Below, piece by piece: positions 50,184 through 59,502 of a stretch of DNA of 64,000 nt (the first letter of the stretch is position 1; each line of letters starts with the position of its first letter). Where the stretch lies: the NCBI GenBank assembly GCA_964610335.1, contig CAZSVP010000001.1, forward strand, positions 151,057 through 215,056, written 5' to 3'. The position numbers and the translations under genes were made by a program. The stretch comes from an uncultured Candidatus Saccharibacteria bacterium (lineage in GTDB: Bacteria; Patescibacteriota; Saccharimonadia; CAILAD01; BJGX01). The notes beneath the pieces are model-generated. The model was not told where the DNA came from. It saw nothing but the letters and a program-made list of their open reading frames with translations, and did no database searches.

Positions 50184-50330
50184 GGGTGACCTCCAGGTCG
50201 ATGTTGTCGGGGAGCGCAATCACCACGGTGATGAAAGCTGAACTATACTACCACAAAAGTACATAAATGTCAATACTTACAACAGGTTAAACCTATTGTT
50301 TTGTATCTGATAAGCTATATAATTGATCTG

Positions 50331-51371
50331 ATGAATATCTTAGCTATAGAATCCAGCTGTGATGAGACGGCAGCAGCTGTAATATCATCCGCTGGCAAGC
50401 GGAGGCAGACCATATTGAGCAATGTAATTGCCAGCCAAGTTGAGATTCATGCCAGATATGGTGGAGTTGTGCCCGAGGTGGCGGCCAGATCGCATGTAGA
50501 AGTAATAGTACCTGTCATAGAGCAAGCTCTATCTGATGCTCATCTGGATTGGGATGGTATAGATGCTATCGCTGTGACTCGTGGTCCTGGCTTGGTTGGC
50601 TCACTTCTAATTGGAGTGTTAACTGCTCAAACTCTTGCCATAACTAAGAAAAAGCCTTTAATCGGAGTAAATCACATCTGGGCGCATGCTTTTGCTAGCT
50701 TTTTGACAGATACACCACCAAAGTTTCCTTTTCTGGCACTTACGGTATCTGGTGGTCATACTACCCTATCTGTCTATCACGAAGATCTCACGCGCGAGGT
50801 ACTTGGCCAAACGCTAGATGATGCTGCCGGTGAGGCTTTTGATAAGGTGGCTAAGCTTATCGGGCTGGGCTACCCAGGTGGGCCGGCTATCAGTAAGGCA
50901 GCTGAATCAGGTGATGACAGTAAATATCAATTCCCCATTGCCAATACACCCGGGAAATATGACTTTAGCTTCTCGGGGCTAAAAACTGCTGTACTACGGC
51001 AGGTTCAAAAGATTACAGGTATAAACCCAGGTTCTGAAAAAGCCCAAAAAACCTACCAGCTGGATAAACAGGTTCAAGCTGATCTGGCGGCCAGCTTCCA
51101 GAAAGCTGCTATTGATGCACTGGTGCAGAAAACACTACAAGCTTACAATGATCTGCAGCCCAAGGCTTTTGTGGTAGGTGGCGGCGTGGCTTGCAATACA
51201 TTGCTGCGTGAGTGGCTCAAACAAGTGATCCCGGATACGATCGTGGTTCCACCGGTACTCTGCACCGACAACGCCGCCATGATTGGTGCTATTGCCAATC
51301 ATATGGCGGAGCGAAAGATGTTTACCAAGCCAGAAAATATTGTGGCAGATCCAAGCCTGGAAATATTGTAA
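50331..51371 (+). CDS. tsaD: tRNA N6-adenosine threonylcarbamoyltransferase TsaD (Kae1/YgjD family)
   Basis: MNILAIESSCDETAAAV N-terminus, HxxGH-type metal site (HIWAHAF), ~346 aa. Confidence 0.85.
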   Translation: MNILAIESSCDETAAAVISSAGKRRQTILSNVIASQVEIHARYGGVVPEVAARSHVEVIVPVIEQALSDAHLDWDGIDAIAVTRGPGLVGSLLIGVLTAQTLAITKKKPLIGVNHIWAHAFASFLTDTPPKFPFLALTVSGGHTTLSVYHEDLTREVLGQTLDDAAGEAFDKVAKLIGLGYPGGPAISKAAESGDDSKYQFPIANTPGKYDFSFSGLKTAVLRQVQKITGINPGSEKAQKTYQLDKQVQADLAASFQKAAIDALVQKTLQAYNDLQPKAFVVGGGVACNTLLREWLKQVIPDTIVVPPVLCTDNAAMIGAIANHMAERKMFTKPENIVADPSLEIL

Positions 51372-51439
51372 TTATTACGGATCGAGACCCGGAAGCTGGT
51401 AGCCACCGGGCCTCGAAGTTCGTCCGCTCAACCTAGGAG

Positions 51440-52561
51440 TCAGCGCACCTGCAGCGTGTCGGCCGTGAAGGTGATGTCGAGTGGCCGGATCTCAACCTGC
51501 TTGGCGTCGTGAGCTTCGACCTTGCCGGCGATGTGACACTCGAAGCCGGCTCGCTTGATGATGGTCTCAGCGCGCCAAGCCTCGGAGCGCTTCACGATCA
51601 GCGCGTAGCCGGCACCTTGGTTGTAGTCGCCGTACATGTTGTACAGGCTGATGCCTGCTTCCTTGCGGATGTACTCGAACACCTCGAGCTGAGGCGGCAG
51701 AATATCGATCGCGTAGTTGAACGGCTGCTCGGTGTTGGCACGCATGATCTTGCGCCAACCGTGTCCGGTGATGTTGGCAATGTAGTGGATCTCCACCCGC
51801 TCCTCCAGCAACCGTCGCACAGCACTTGCATAGATCGGTGTGGGCTGCAACAACGCGTCGACGAACCGTTCGCCGCTGGGCATGGTGGCCTTGAGACCCA
51901 CCAGCGGCAGCAGATCGCGGATCAGGGTGATGCCATTGCTGTGCACACCTGAGCTGTGGATCAGGATGATCAAGTCGTCATCTTGGATGTTGCCGTGGAT
52001 CACTCGACTCTTCGGCTTGACGATGCCCATGGCCGAGCCACCGAGTACGGCGGAGCCAGGCATCACCACATCACGCAAGGTCGATGACTCACCACCACCC
52101 CACACGCCGCCAGCGGCCTTGCAGGCCTCAGCCCAGCCGGCAAACAAGCCTCTGGTGCGGGCTTCGCGCTCGAACCAGCTGCCATGGCCGGCAGCAACGT
52201 GCAGGGCTCCGGACAGCAGTCTGGCACCGAGAGTGGCCATGTCGTTGAAGATCATGGCGGCGTTGGTCTGGCCGATCGAGTGCCAGAACAGTTGCTCTTG
52301 TTCCGGCGAGAGCGAGGCCAGGTAGCGAGCGACCTCCTCCGGAATGCGGTTGAGCGTACCCAACCCTTCCTCGACATGTGCCAGGTAGTGGTCGGGTGCC
52401 TCGAGCAGGAAGGCGCTCTCACCGCGCGACCAGTCGGCCACACGGTACTGGGTGTCGGCGATGGCTTCGTCGGTACCGGCCGCATACAGCTGGGCCAGCA
52501 CCTTGAATGGATCCATTGTGGCATAGCTCACGACATCGGCGTACTTCGGTGAATCAGTCAT
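51440..52561 (-). CDS. purM: Phosphoribosylformylglycinamidine cyclo-ligase PurM (AIR synthetase), high-GC island 6
   Basis: DDDLIILIHSSGVHSNGITLIRDLL, ITGHGWRKI and YNQGAGYALIV blocks align with E. coli PurM ([46 protein letters not shown]). Confidence 0.75.
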   Translation of the reverse strand: MTDSPKYADVVSYATMDPFKVLAQLYAAGTDEAIADTQYRVADWSRGESAFLLEAPDHYLAHVEEGLGTLNRIPEEVARYLASLSPEQEQLFWHSIGQTNAAMIFNDMATLGARLLSGALHVAAGHGSWFEREARTRGLFAGWAEACKAAGGVWGGGESSTLRDVVMPGSAVLGGSAMGIVKPKSRVIHGNIQDDDLIILIHSSGVHSNGITLIRDLLPLVGLKATMPSGERFVDALLQPTPIYASAVRRLLEERVEIHYIANITGHGWRKIMRANTEQPFNYAIDILPPQLEVFEYIRKEAGISLYNMYGDYNQGAGYALIVKRSEAWRAETIIKRAGFECHIAGKVEAHDAKQVEIRPLDITFTADTLQVR

Positions 52562-52669
52562 GGGTTTCCCCTATTCGGTTGTCGGGACGAACTTCTTAAT
52601 GCCTCGAATTGTTTCGAAGCAGAACAGGATGATTATAACCCAATGGCTACAATCAACTAAGCATAAATG

Positions 52670-53419
52670 TTATTGCTTTGGCCTGTTTTTTTGAGCTATT
52701 TGAGCGTGAAGCCTATTTTTGTCTCTTGTGGCTTGCAACAGCGCACTTTCGGTTTGACCAGAATTGGCTCGCTGCTTGATGTGCTTGATCTTTGCGGACA
52801 ATCGCTCAACTAAACTAGCCTTTTCTGGGGCGGCATCACTCGTTTTTGCTTCGGACTTGGTGATTTCAGGAGGGGGCGGCGCTAGCATCAGCTCGTACTG
52901 ATGTATGATGGCTTGAAATTTATCGAGCTGCGGGTCTCCTTCTTGCAGCCTTTCCCCAGTAGGACCATAAATAATTGTTCCCAAAAATCCAGGATGGGGC
53001 TCGTTGGCAAAGTATTGTTCTCCAGCTGGCCCCCTAGCTTCAAAACTAAAAACTACTTGATCGGCTTGAGTGATCTTGCCACCTACAAAACCTTGTTTGA
53101 TGGCATCGGCAGTGCGTGAATCTTGGTGATCGTCTAGTTTTTCTGGTGGCTCCGCGCTCTCGGTGCGTAGCAAGTATCCATATCTCTCGCTGGTGTTGTC
53201 CAACTGAATCGCCTTGTCTGCTATGTATTCGGCACTACCAAGTACAAATGGGTTGGCATCGCGCGCTAGGTTGGCATCGCGTAATCGAGCCATAACATCG
53301 AAAGTATCGGTGACAAGCTTACCAATTTCTTGCTGGAGCTTTACCTCTTTGAGTTCGGTTGCCGGTACGGCTTGTTTGACTTCGGTATGTTCTGGACGAT
53401 CGCTGAGTATGTCGGTCAT
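52670..53419 (-). CDS. Hypothetical protein
   Basis: 249 aa ORF with native-like composition. Confidence 0.4.
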   Translation of the reverse strand: MTDILSDRPEHTEVKQAVPATELKEVKLQQEIGKLVTDTFDVMARLRDANLARDANPFVLGSAEYIADKAIQLDNTSERYGYLLRTESAEPPEKLDDHQDSRTADAIKQGFVGGKITQADQVVFSFEARGPAGEQYFANEPHPGFLGTIIYGPTGERLQEGDPQLDKFQAIIHQYELMLAPPPPEITKSEAKTSDAAPEKASLVERLSAKIKHIKQRANSGQTESALLQATRDKNRLHAQIAQKNRPKQ

Positions 53420-53502
53420 AGTTGTACTCTACCCCATTTCGTTTATGCTATCAAACAAACAAGGCTCCATGGTGGAGCCTTGCGAAATACTGATGAGAGT
53501 TA

Positions 53503-54294
53503 CTAGCCAATAACGGCTTTGAGCCCGTCCATGCGCTTTTGGACTGCTGCCTTCTTGGCATTGTGTGCGTCTATCTCTTTTTGCATAGTCAAGATCTGCT
53601 CGTTCTTCTCAGCGATGTCTTGGTCGAGCTTCTTACTTTCTTCATCGAGCTTGCTGATCATATCATTGACATTCTTGTCGACATCTTCAACAACAGTGTC
53701 ATCAGATCCTTCATCGATTGAAGGTGTCGATGGTGTAGTAGAAATCTCTTCAATGGTAGGTGTAGTTGGAGCTGGTTCCACGGGTGCTGGCTCTTCAACT
53801 GGCTCGGCAGGAGCTGCGGCTTCCTCGTCTGGCTGCGCTGGAGTAGTTGCTACATCGGCACCCATCATCTTGGCTGCGGCAGCGTCGTCAGTATTGTCTG
53901 GCTTGAACTGAGGTTCAAAAACAGTTTGCCCCATGTGAGCCATGTTCTCGTCGATTGTGGCAGCTTCATGAGCGGCTGTTTCGTCTACCGGTGCGTCTGC
54001 TGGTTGAGCAGCTGGAGTAGGCTCCGCTGGCTGCTCTGGCATAGCAGCAGGTTCGCTTGGTGCAACAGGCACATCTATAGGTTGAGCCATGGGCTCGGCT
54101 GGCATAGTTGGCTCTGGTGCTGGTGGCGGTGTGGTTTGAGCTGCGTCGTCGCTATTGCTGTGTAGGTCTTGAGCGTGGGGGTCGGTCTGAGCCATCATAG
54201 GTTCATCAACAGCTGTCATAGTACCGTCGTCGGCCATAGGGGCACGCTGATCCCATTGATCATCAATCTCTAGCGGGCTATAAATATCTTTCAT
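53503..54294 (-). CDS. Acidic Pro/Ala/Glu-rich, probably disordered protein with a C-terminal coiled coil
   Basis: Start placed at the ATG 7 nt after GGAGG; low-complexity composition. Confidence 0.4.
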   Translation of the reverse strand: MKDIYSPLEIDDQWDQRAPMADDGTMTAVDEPMMAQTDPHAQDLHSNSDDAAQTTPPPAPEPTMPAEPMAQPIDVPVAPSEPAAMPEQPAEPTPAAQPADAPVDETAAHEAATIDENMAHMGQTVFEPQFKPDNTDDAAAAKMMGADVATTPAQPDEEAAAPAEPVEEPAPVEPAPTTPTIEEISTTPSTPSIDEGSDDTVVEDVDKNVNDMISKLDEESKKLDQDIAEKNEQILTMQKEIDAHNAKKAAVQKRMDGLKAVIG

Positions 54295-54426
54295 CGTCAC
54301 TCCTCCCATATCCCCCTACTAACAAAATTACTCAAAAACAATTACATCCTATTGTATCGATCAACATAAGGATTGTCAAACCTGTCATGCTGTTCAATCA
54401 TATCTGGAAATGCTACAATTTGTGAC

Positions 54427-56808
54427 ATGAGTAGTGAGCAAAAACCACAGATTTCCAAGGCCTATGATGCCTCAGAGCACGAGTCAAATGTGCTTAAGAT
54501 TTGGCAAAAAGCCAACGCATTTGCTCCACAAAAGGATGCTACAGGTGATCCATTCTGTATTATCATGCCCCCACCAAACGCCAATGGCTCGCTGCATGCT
54601 GGGCATCTGATGTATGTAGTGGAAGACATCGCTGCACGCCATGCTCGTATGCAGGGCCGTCCAACACTTTGGCTACCAGGCACGGATCATGCTGGCATAG
54701 AGACCCAAGTGGTTTACGAGCGAATTCTTGAACAGAAGGGTCAGACTCGATTTGACCTGGGTCCCAAGAAATTTTATGAGCAAGTTGATAAGTTTGTACG
54801 ATCACAACAACACACCATCCTTAGCCAAATGCAGGCGATGGGCTTTTCAGCTGATTGGGACAAGCTCAAGTTTACTCTTGACCCAGATATAATTGATGTT
54901 GTTTATGACACTTTTGAAAAACTGCACTCAGATGGCCATATCTATCGTGGCAATCGCATAGTCAATTGGTGCCCACGTTGCCAAGCCGCCTTCCCAGATA
55001 TCGAAACTGATCGTTTGGAGCGCGAAGATGCTATGTATACCCTTGACTACGGTACTATCAAGATAGCCACCACTCGTCCGGAAACAATCTTTGCTGATGT
55101 GGCAGTTGCTGTGAATCCCCATGACGATCGTTACAAAGATTTGGTTGGCAAGTCGGCTACTATTCCTCTAATTAACCGAGAAGTACCAATCATCGCCGAC
55201 GACGACGTAAGCATCGATGATGGCACCGGTGCTCTCAAGATTACTCCTGCTCATAGCATGGCCGATTACGATATAGGTCAGCGACACAATCTCACTGAGA
55301 TCTCAGTAGTTGATACTGAGGGTAAGCTGGTAAATGTACCGGAAGAATTTGCAGGGCTTAGTACTGATGAAGCCCGTATCAAGGTTGTAGAAGCACTCCA
55401 AAAGGCCAAGAAACTAGTAGAAACTTCCCCGCTTACTCATGCTGTCGCAGTTCATGACAGATGTAAGACAGTAATAGAGCCAATCATCTCGGAGCAATGG
55501 TTTATGCGTGTTAGTGAGCTCAACAAGCCTGTAATTGAGGCAATCCACCAAGACAAGGTAACTTTCTACCCTGCAAGATTTAAGAAGGTGGCTCTAAATT
55601 GGCTTGAGAATGAACATGATTGGTGTATCTCAAGGCCTGGTTGGTGGGGCATACGGATTCCTGTCTACTACAAGACAAGCAATGATCCAGATCGAGACAA
55701 TTACATTGTGGCTAGAACAGAGAAGGAGGCCGAAGACTACTATGGCGCTGGTAATTACCGCGCCGAGCAAGACACTTTTGACACCTGGTTTAGTTCTAGC
55801 CAGTGGCCGTACGCTACTCTTATAAGCACTGGCGACTTCGATACCTTCTACCCCACTACATTGATGGCCACAGCGCGCGATATCTTACATAAGTGGGTTA
55901 CTCGTATGATCATGTTTGGCTTGTACAAGACTGGTGATGTGCCGTTTGAAAATGTCTATCTATGGGGTATGGTAACAGATGAGAGAGGGCAAAAACTTAG
56001 CAAGTCCAAGGGCAACTATGATGATCCTATGAAGATCACTGCAGAGTATGGTACCGATGCGCTGCGGTTAGCTCTAAGCATTGGTATTACACCTGGCAAT
56101 GACGGCAAGATTAGCGATGAGAAGATCAAAGGCTATCGCAATTTCTGTAACAAACTCTGGAATGTGAGTCGCTATACCTTAAGCAAGATTGATGCTGATC
56201 ACTCACCTACTACCCCACTGTTGCAAACTTCCGCTGATCACTGGCTAGCAGGCAAACTCAATGAAGCTATCAAGTCTGTAAGTGTTGATCTGGAAAAGTA
56301 TCGTTATTCTGAAGCTGGACAGCGTATCTATTCCCTACTATGGGATGAGATTGCAGATCAATACATCGAGTATTCCAAGGAATATCTCAATACTGATATG
56401 TTGGTATACTCACTTGAAACAGTACTACGCCTACTTCACCCATTTGCTCCATTTGTAACAGAAGCTATCTGGCAGGAGCTTCCATGGACCAAAACAAACC
56501 TTATAACAGAACAATGGCCGAACGCAATCCTTAAGCCAAACCAAGCTCAAGCCGACGAGTTCGCGCTACAAATAATTGATGTTGTTAGTAGTAAGCAGCA
56601 GGACGCAGCAGCCACCAAGGCAAATAAGCTCGAGCGTGAAATTTCTGATAAAGAGCGACTGGTACAAATAACCAAGTCCAAGCTGGACAGTAGTAGTTTT
56701 GTAGAAAATGCACCAGAGCAGGTGGTGACACAGCAACGTAATTTGCTTAAATCCACTGAGGAGACGTTGAAAATGCTTCGGGCGGAGTTGAATGAGATCA
56801 AGAAGTAG
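54427..56808 (+). CDS. valS: Valyl-tRNA synthetase. Start set at the internal MSSEQ; +/-1 nt counting uncertainty.
   Basis: PPPNANGSLHAGHL (HIGH), KLSKSKGN (KMSKS), C-terminal coiled-coil tail typical of ValRS. Confidence 0.8.
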   Translation: MSSEQKPQISKAYDASEHESNVLKIWQKANAFAPQKDATGDPFCIIMPPPNANGSLHAGHLMYVVEDIAARHARMQGRPTLWLPGTDHAGIETQVVYERILEQKGQTRFDLGPKKFYEQVDKFVRSQQHTILSQMQAMGFSADWDKLKFTLDPDIIDVVYDTFEKLHSDGHIYRGNRIVNWCPRCQAAFPDIETDRLEREDAMYTLDYGTIKIATTRPETIFADVAVAVNPHDDRYKDLVGKSATIPLINREVPIIADDDVSIDDGTGALKITPAHSMADYDIGQRHNLTEISVVDTEGKLVNVPEEFAGLSTDEARIKVVEALQKAKKLVETSPLTHAVAVHDRCKTVIEPIISEQWFMRVSELNKPVIEAIHQDKVTFYPARFKKVALNWLENEHDWCISRPGWWGIRIPVYYKTSNDPDRDNYIVARTEKEAEDYYGAGNYRAEQDTFDTWFSSSQWPYATLISTGDFDTFYPTTLMATARDILHKWVTRMIMFGLYKTGDVPFENVYLWGMVTDERGQKLSKSKGNYDDPMKITAEYGTDALRLALSIGITPGNDGKISDEKIKGYRNFCNKLWNVSRYTLSKIDADHSPTTPLLQTSADHWLAGKLNEAIKSVSVDLEKYRYSEAGQRIYSLLWDEIADQYIEYSKEYLNTDMLVYSLETVLRLLHPFAPFVTEAIWQELPWTKTNLITEQWPNAILKPNQAQADEFALQIIDVVSSKQQDAAATKANKLEREISDKERLVQITKSKLDSSSFVENAPEQVVTQQRNLLKSTEETLKMLRAELNEIKK

Positions 56809-57643
56809 GGGAGAGTGGCAGTTTTGGCTGATAGCTGGACTAGTAATCGTAGCTTTAGGTTTGTTGATTGCTGCAACCATGAGCTACATTCAGGGTTTTC
56901 ATACAAAAATAACTGATCAGTTAATAGACAAATCAGCCAACTCACATCAATCGGGCCAGCAATCGTCACTATTAAAAGCAGCTAGCTGGTGGTCGCCTTA
57001 TGACAGTGCGGTTGTTGAAGCCCAACGGAGATATTATCAGTCAAATAGCCAGGCCATCCAGGCTTTTGATACTCTTGCCAATTCACCGACTGCAGTGCAA
57101 CCAGTCTATTTGGGCAATAGTGCCTTAAGTCTTCTGCGCTACGGAGCTGCGCAACAGTTTTTTTTGCTTGCCAGCAAGCCTGAGGCTTCGGCTGAAAGCC
57201 TACAGGGTGAGGCAACAGCACAGATCAACTTGGGCGATACTGACAAGGGCTGCGGCAAGGCTCGCCAAGCCAGCAAGCTAAATCTTAGCAGCACCAGCGT
57301 CGCCACCCTAAACTGGTATTGTGATGTTTATTTGAAGGGTAGTGGGGGAGCGGACAATACCACCATTAATCGGTTAGAGCTAGCCAAGCTATTTGCAATA
57401 GCCGAAAAGATGTTAAGCGATAACCCCAATAAGCTGGCACAGGATTGGCTAGCATTGGCAGGTTACGCTCAAGCAAGAGGGGAGACTGCCAAGGCACTTG
57501 AGCTGGCACGCAAGGCTTATGATATGGATCGCAATAACTTGGTGGTTTTAGAATCAGTTAAGAAGTATGCCGAGCTAGCTCATGACAACGCGTTGGTTCA
57601 AGAACTTCAACAACGACTCGATATAGTGCAACTAGCCTATTAA
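56792..57643 (+). CDS. Membrane-anchored hypothetical protein
   Basis: N-terminal TM helix, 283 aa. Confidence 0.4.
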   Translation: MRSRSRGEWQFWLIAGLVIVALGLLIAATMSYIQGFHTKITDQLIDKSANSHQSGQQSSLLKAASWWSPYDSAVVEAQRRYYQSNSQAIQAFDTLANSPTAVQPVYLGNSALSLLRYGAAQQFFLLASKPEASAESLQGEATAQINLGDTDKGCGKARQASKLNLSSTSVATLNWYCDVYLKGSGGADNTTINRLELAKLFAIAEKMLSDNPNKLAQDWLALAGYAQARGETAKALELARKAYDMDRNNLVVLESVKKYAELAHDNALVQELQQRLDIVQLAY

Positions 57644-57790
57644 ACATAACTAGTTTTTATATGAAAGAGGGGATTTGTCAATATTGCCAAATCAAAATAG
57701 TTATGTTGTATCTGTTATGTTCGTCTATGTGGCCTTGAGTAGATTTGCATTTCAGCGTATAATTACACGGTACTTTTAAGGTATAAATGC

Positions 57791-57883
57791 GGAGAGGTAC
57801 CCAAGAGGCTGAAGGGGCTGGATTGCTAATCCGGTAGGGGGGAGCAATCCCCCGCGAGGGTTCGAATCCCTCCCTCTCCGCCA
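57791..57883 (+). tRNA. tRNA-Ser (anticodon GCT), long variable arm
   Basis: GGAGAGG...anticodon loop TTGCTAA...GGTTCGAATCC...CCA. Confidence 0.85.
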
Positions 57884-57939
57884 GGTATTATTGGCTAGTC
57901 ATATATTTTTTGCACTGAAACAAAATAAAAATCTGTCGA

Positions 57940-58031
<92 letters not shown>

Positions 58032-58140
58032 AGAAAGATACTCACAGAAATGTGGGTCTTTTCTTTTGTAGATGGTTCATGGACAGCCACCAGCATTTAT
58101 AGCATAATGAGAATGATGATAAGCCGAGGGTTTTAAATCT

Positions 58141-58965
58141 ATGCCAGACAATCTTCAACCTGGTCAAAACATACAGCCACAAGGTAGTGATAATGCTTCT
58201 ACGCCCGGAGCTTTTACTCCAGCACCAAATCCATTTGACTCCCCAGCTAATGCACAAGCACCAGAGATTCCCTCTACAGAGCCAAAACCACCAGCCGCTG
58301 AGCGTGTAGAACCATCTAGCGCGCCAGAACAAGTTGAGTCTCCTACAGCACCTATTGAGAACCCACAGCCACAAGCTGCAGCTACTCCAGAACCGCAACC
58401 TCAAGCTGCTCCTGCCCCCACAGTACAACCAGCTCCAGTAGAGCAGCCAGCATCTCAGCCAGTTCAGAATAAGCAAGCTACCGCAGTTGAAGAGGAGGCT
58501 GTACCAGACATTACATTGGTAAATTGGCAAGCACCAGAATTTGTCCAAACCCACAAGCCTGTAGGGTGGTATGTAGTGCTCGTTTTGTTTTTTGTTGGTA
58601 TGAGCATACTGGCCATACTTACACAGCAATACTTAGTGATTGGACTGTTCGCGTTAGTAGGTCTGGCAGTTGCTATATACGCCAATCGGAAACCACGCGT
58701 GTTGCAGTATGCTGTCACCACAACTGGTGTACGAGTGGGGCAGAAGTCATATCCGTATGACAATTTCAGCGGCTACTCGATATCAAACGACTACAACCAG
58801 CCAGTTTACGATCTTGCTCCGACAAAACGCTTTGGTACTCTGGTGAGCCTGCCTGCACCTGCTGACCAACAAGATGCCATCGAAGATGTGTTAGGCGATG
58901 TGCTGCCCAAAACAGAGTCACACGACGACTGGATCGACAAGTTGTTCAAATATCTGCGCTTCTAA
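58141..58965 (+). CDS. Hypothetical membrane protein with a Pro/Ala/Gln-rich N-terminus and two TM helices
   Basis: 274 aa ORF. Confidence 0.4.
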   Translation: MPDNLQPGQNIQPQGSDNASTPGAFTPAPNPFDSPANAQAPEIPSTEPKPPAAERVEPSSAPEQVESPTAPIENPQPQAAATPEPQPQAAPAPTVQPAPVEQPASQPVQNKQATAVEEEAVPDITLVNWQAPEFVQTHKPVGWYVVLVLFFVGMSILAILTQQYLVIGLFALVGLAVAIYANRKPRVLQYAVTTTGVRVGQKSYPYDNFSGYSISNDYNQPVYDLAPTKRFGTLVSLPAPADQQDAIEDVLGDVLPKTESHDDWIDKLFKYLRF

Positions 58966-59123
58966 GCGCTCTTCCCAAAACAAGCATTTTCAGGTATAAT
59001 ATTGCAGTCTTGTTATCTTCAACCGATTCAACAAACCAGGTCGCCGTATGTTGAATCGAGAGGAGAAACTATGCGAGAATTACAATGCGCTTGCGCATAT
59101 CAATCAAAGCGTAGTTTGGACGA

Positions 59124-59200
59124 GTACCCGTAGCTCAGTTGGATAGAGCGTTGGCTTGCGGAGCCAAAGGTCGGGGGTTCGAATCCCTTCGGGTACACCA
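59124..59200 (+). tRNA. tRNA-Arg (anticodon GCG by my hand fold)
   Basis: 77 nt, perfect 7-bp acceptor stem GTACCCG/CGGGTAC, D-loop AGTTGGATA, T-loop TTCGAAT, CCA end. Confidence 0.75.
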
Positions 59201-59362
59201 GTGTCTGTTGCTCAACCAAGGTTGAGCTGTAGACACTGATCTAGAATGGGTGTTGAGAAGCGCCATGGGTTCGGCGAGCGAGGCGCGCAGATTCAACAGC
59301 TAAGCTTGCTTAAGCTTTGATCGAGCACCGAGTGGAGAAGGCGCAGCCGCTATCCCTTCTGG
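59201..59362 (+). ncRNA. tRNA-linked structured element, copy 2 (hairpin plus ~115-nt conserved block)
   Basis: Paralogous to 34857-35018 (see that feature). Confidence 0.4.
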
Positions 59363-59383
59363 TTTATAACGTAAGTCTTGAGA

Positions 59384-59454
59384 TTGACATAGTACTGTGA
59401 ACGAGATACTAAGGTATATTTACTATTGAAAAATAGTCAATGATATGGTATAAA
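59384..59454 (+). promoter_or_regulatory. Two tandem sigma70-like promoters (TTGACA-17-TACTAA and TTGAAA-17-TATAAA) upstream of the MVP homolog
   Basis: Hexamers seen directly in AT-rich sequence just before the GC-rich gene. Confidence 0.45.
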
Positions 59455-59502
59455 TTACCAGTTCGTCTATCAAGGCGCGCAACCCACAACTGAAAACTGC
59501 GA

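Noticed and set aside
59201-59362. Idea that the tRNA-linked element is a vault-RNA analogue serving the adjacent MVP homolog
   Set aside because: Mentioned only as speculation. The other copy (34857-35018) is nowhere near the MVP gene, and nothing in the sequence specifically resembles eukaryotic vtRNAs.
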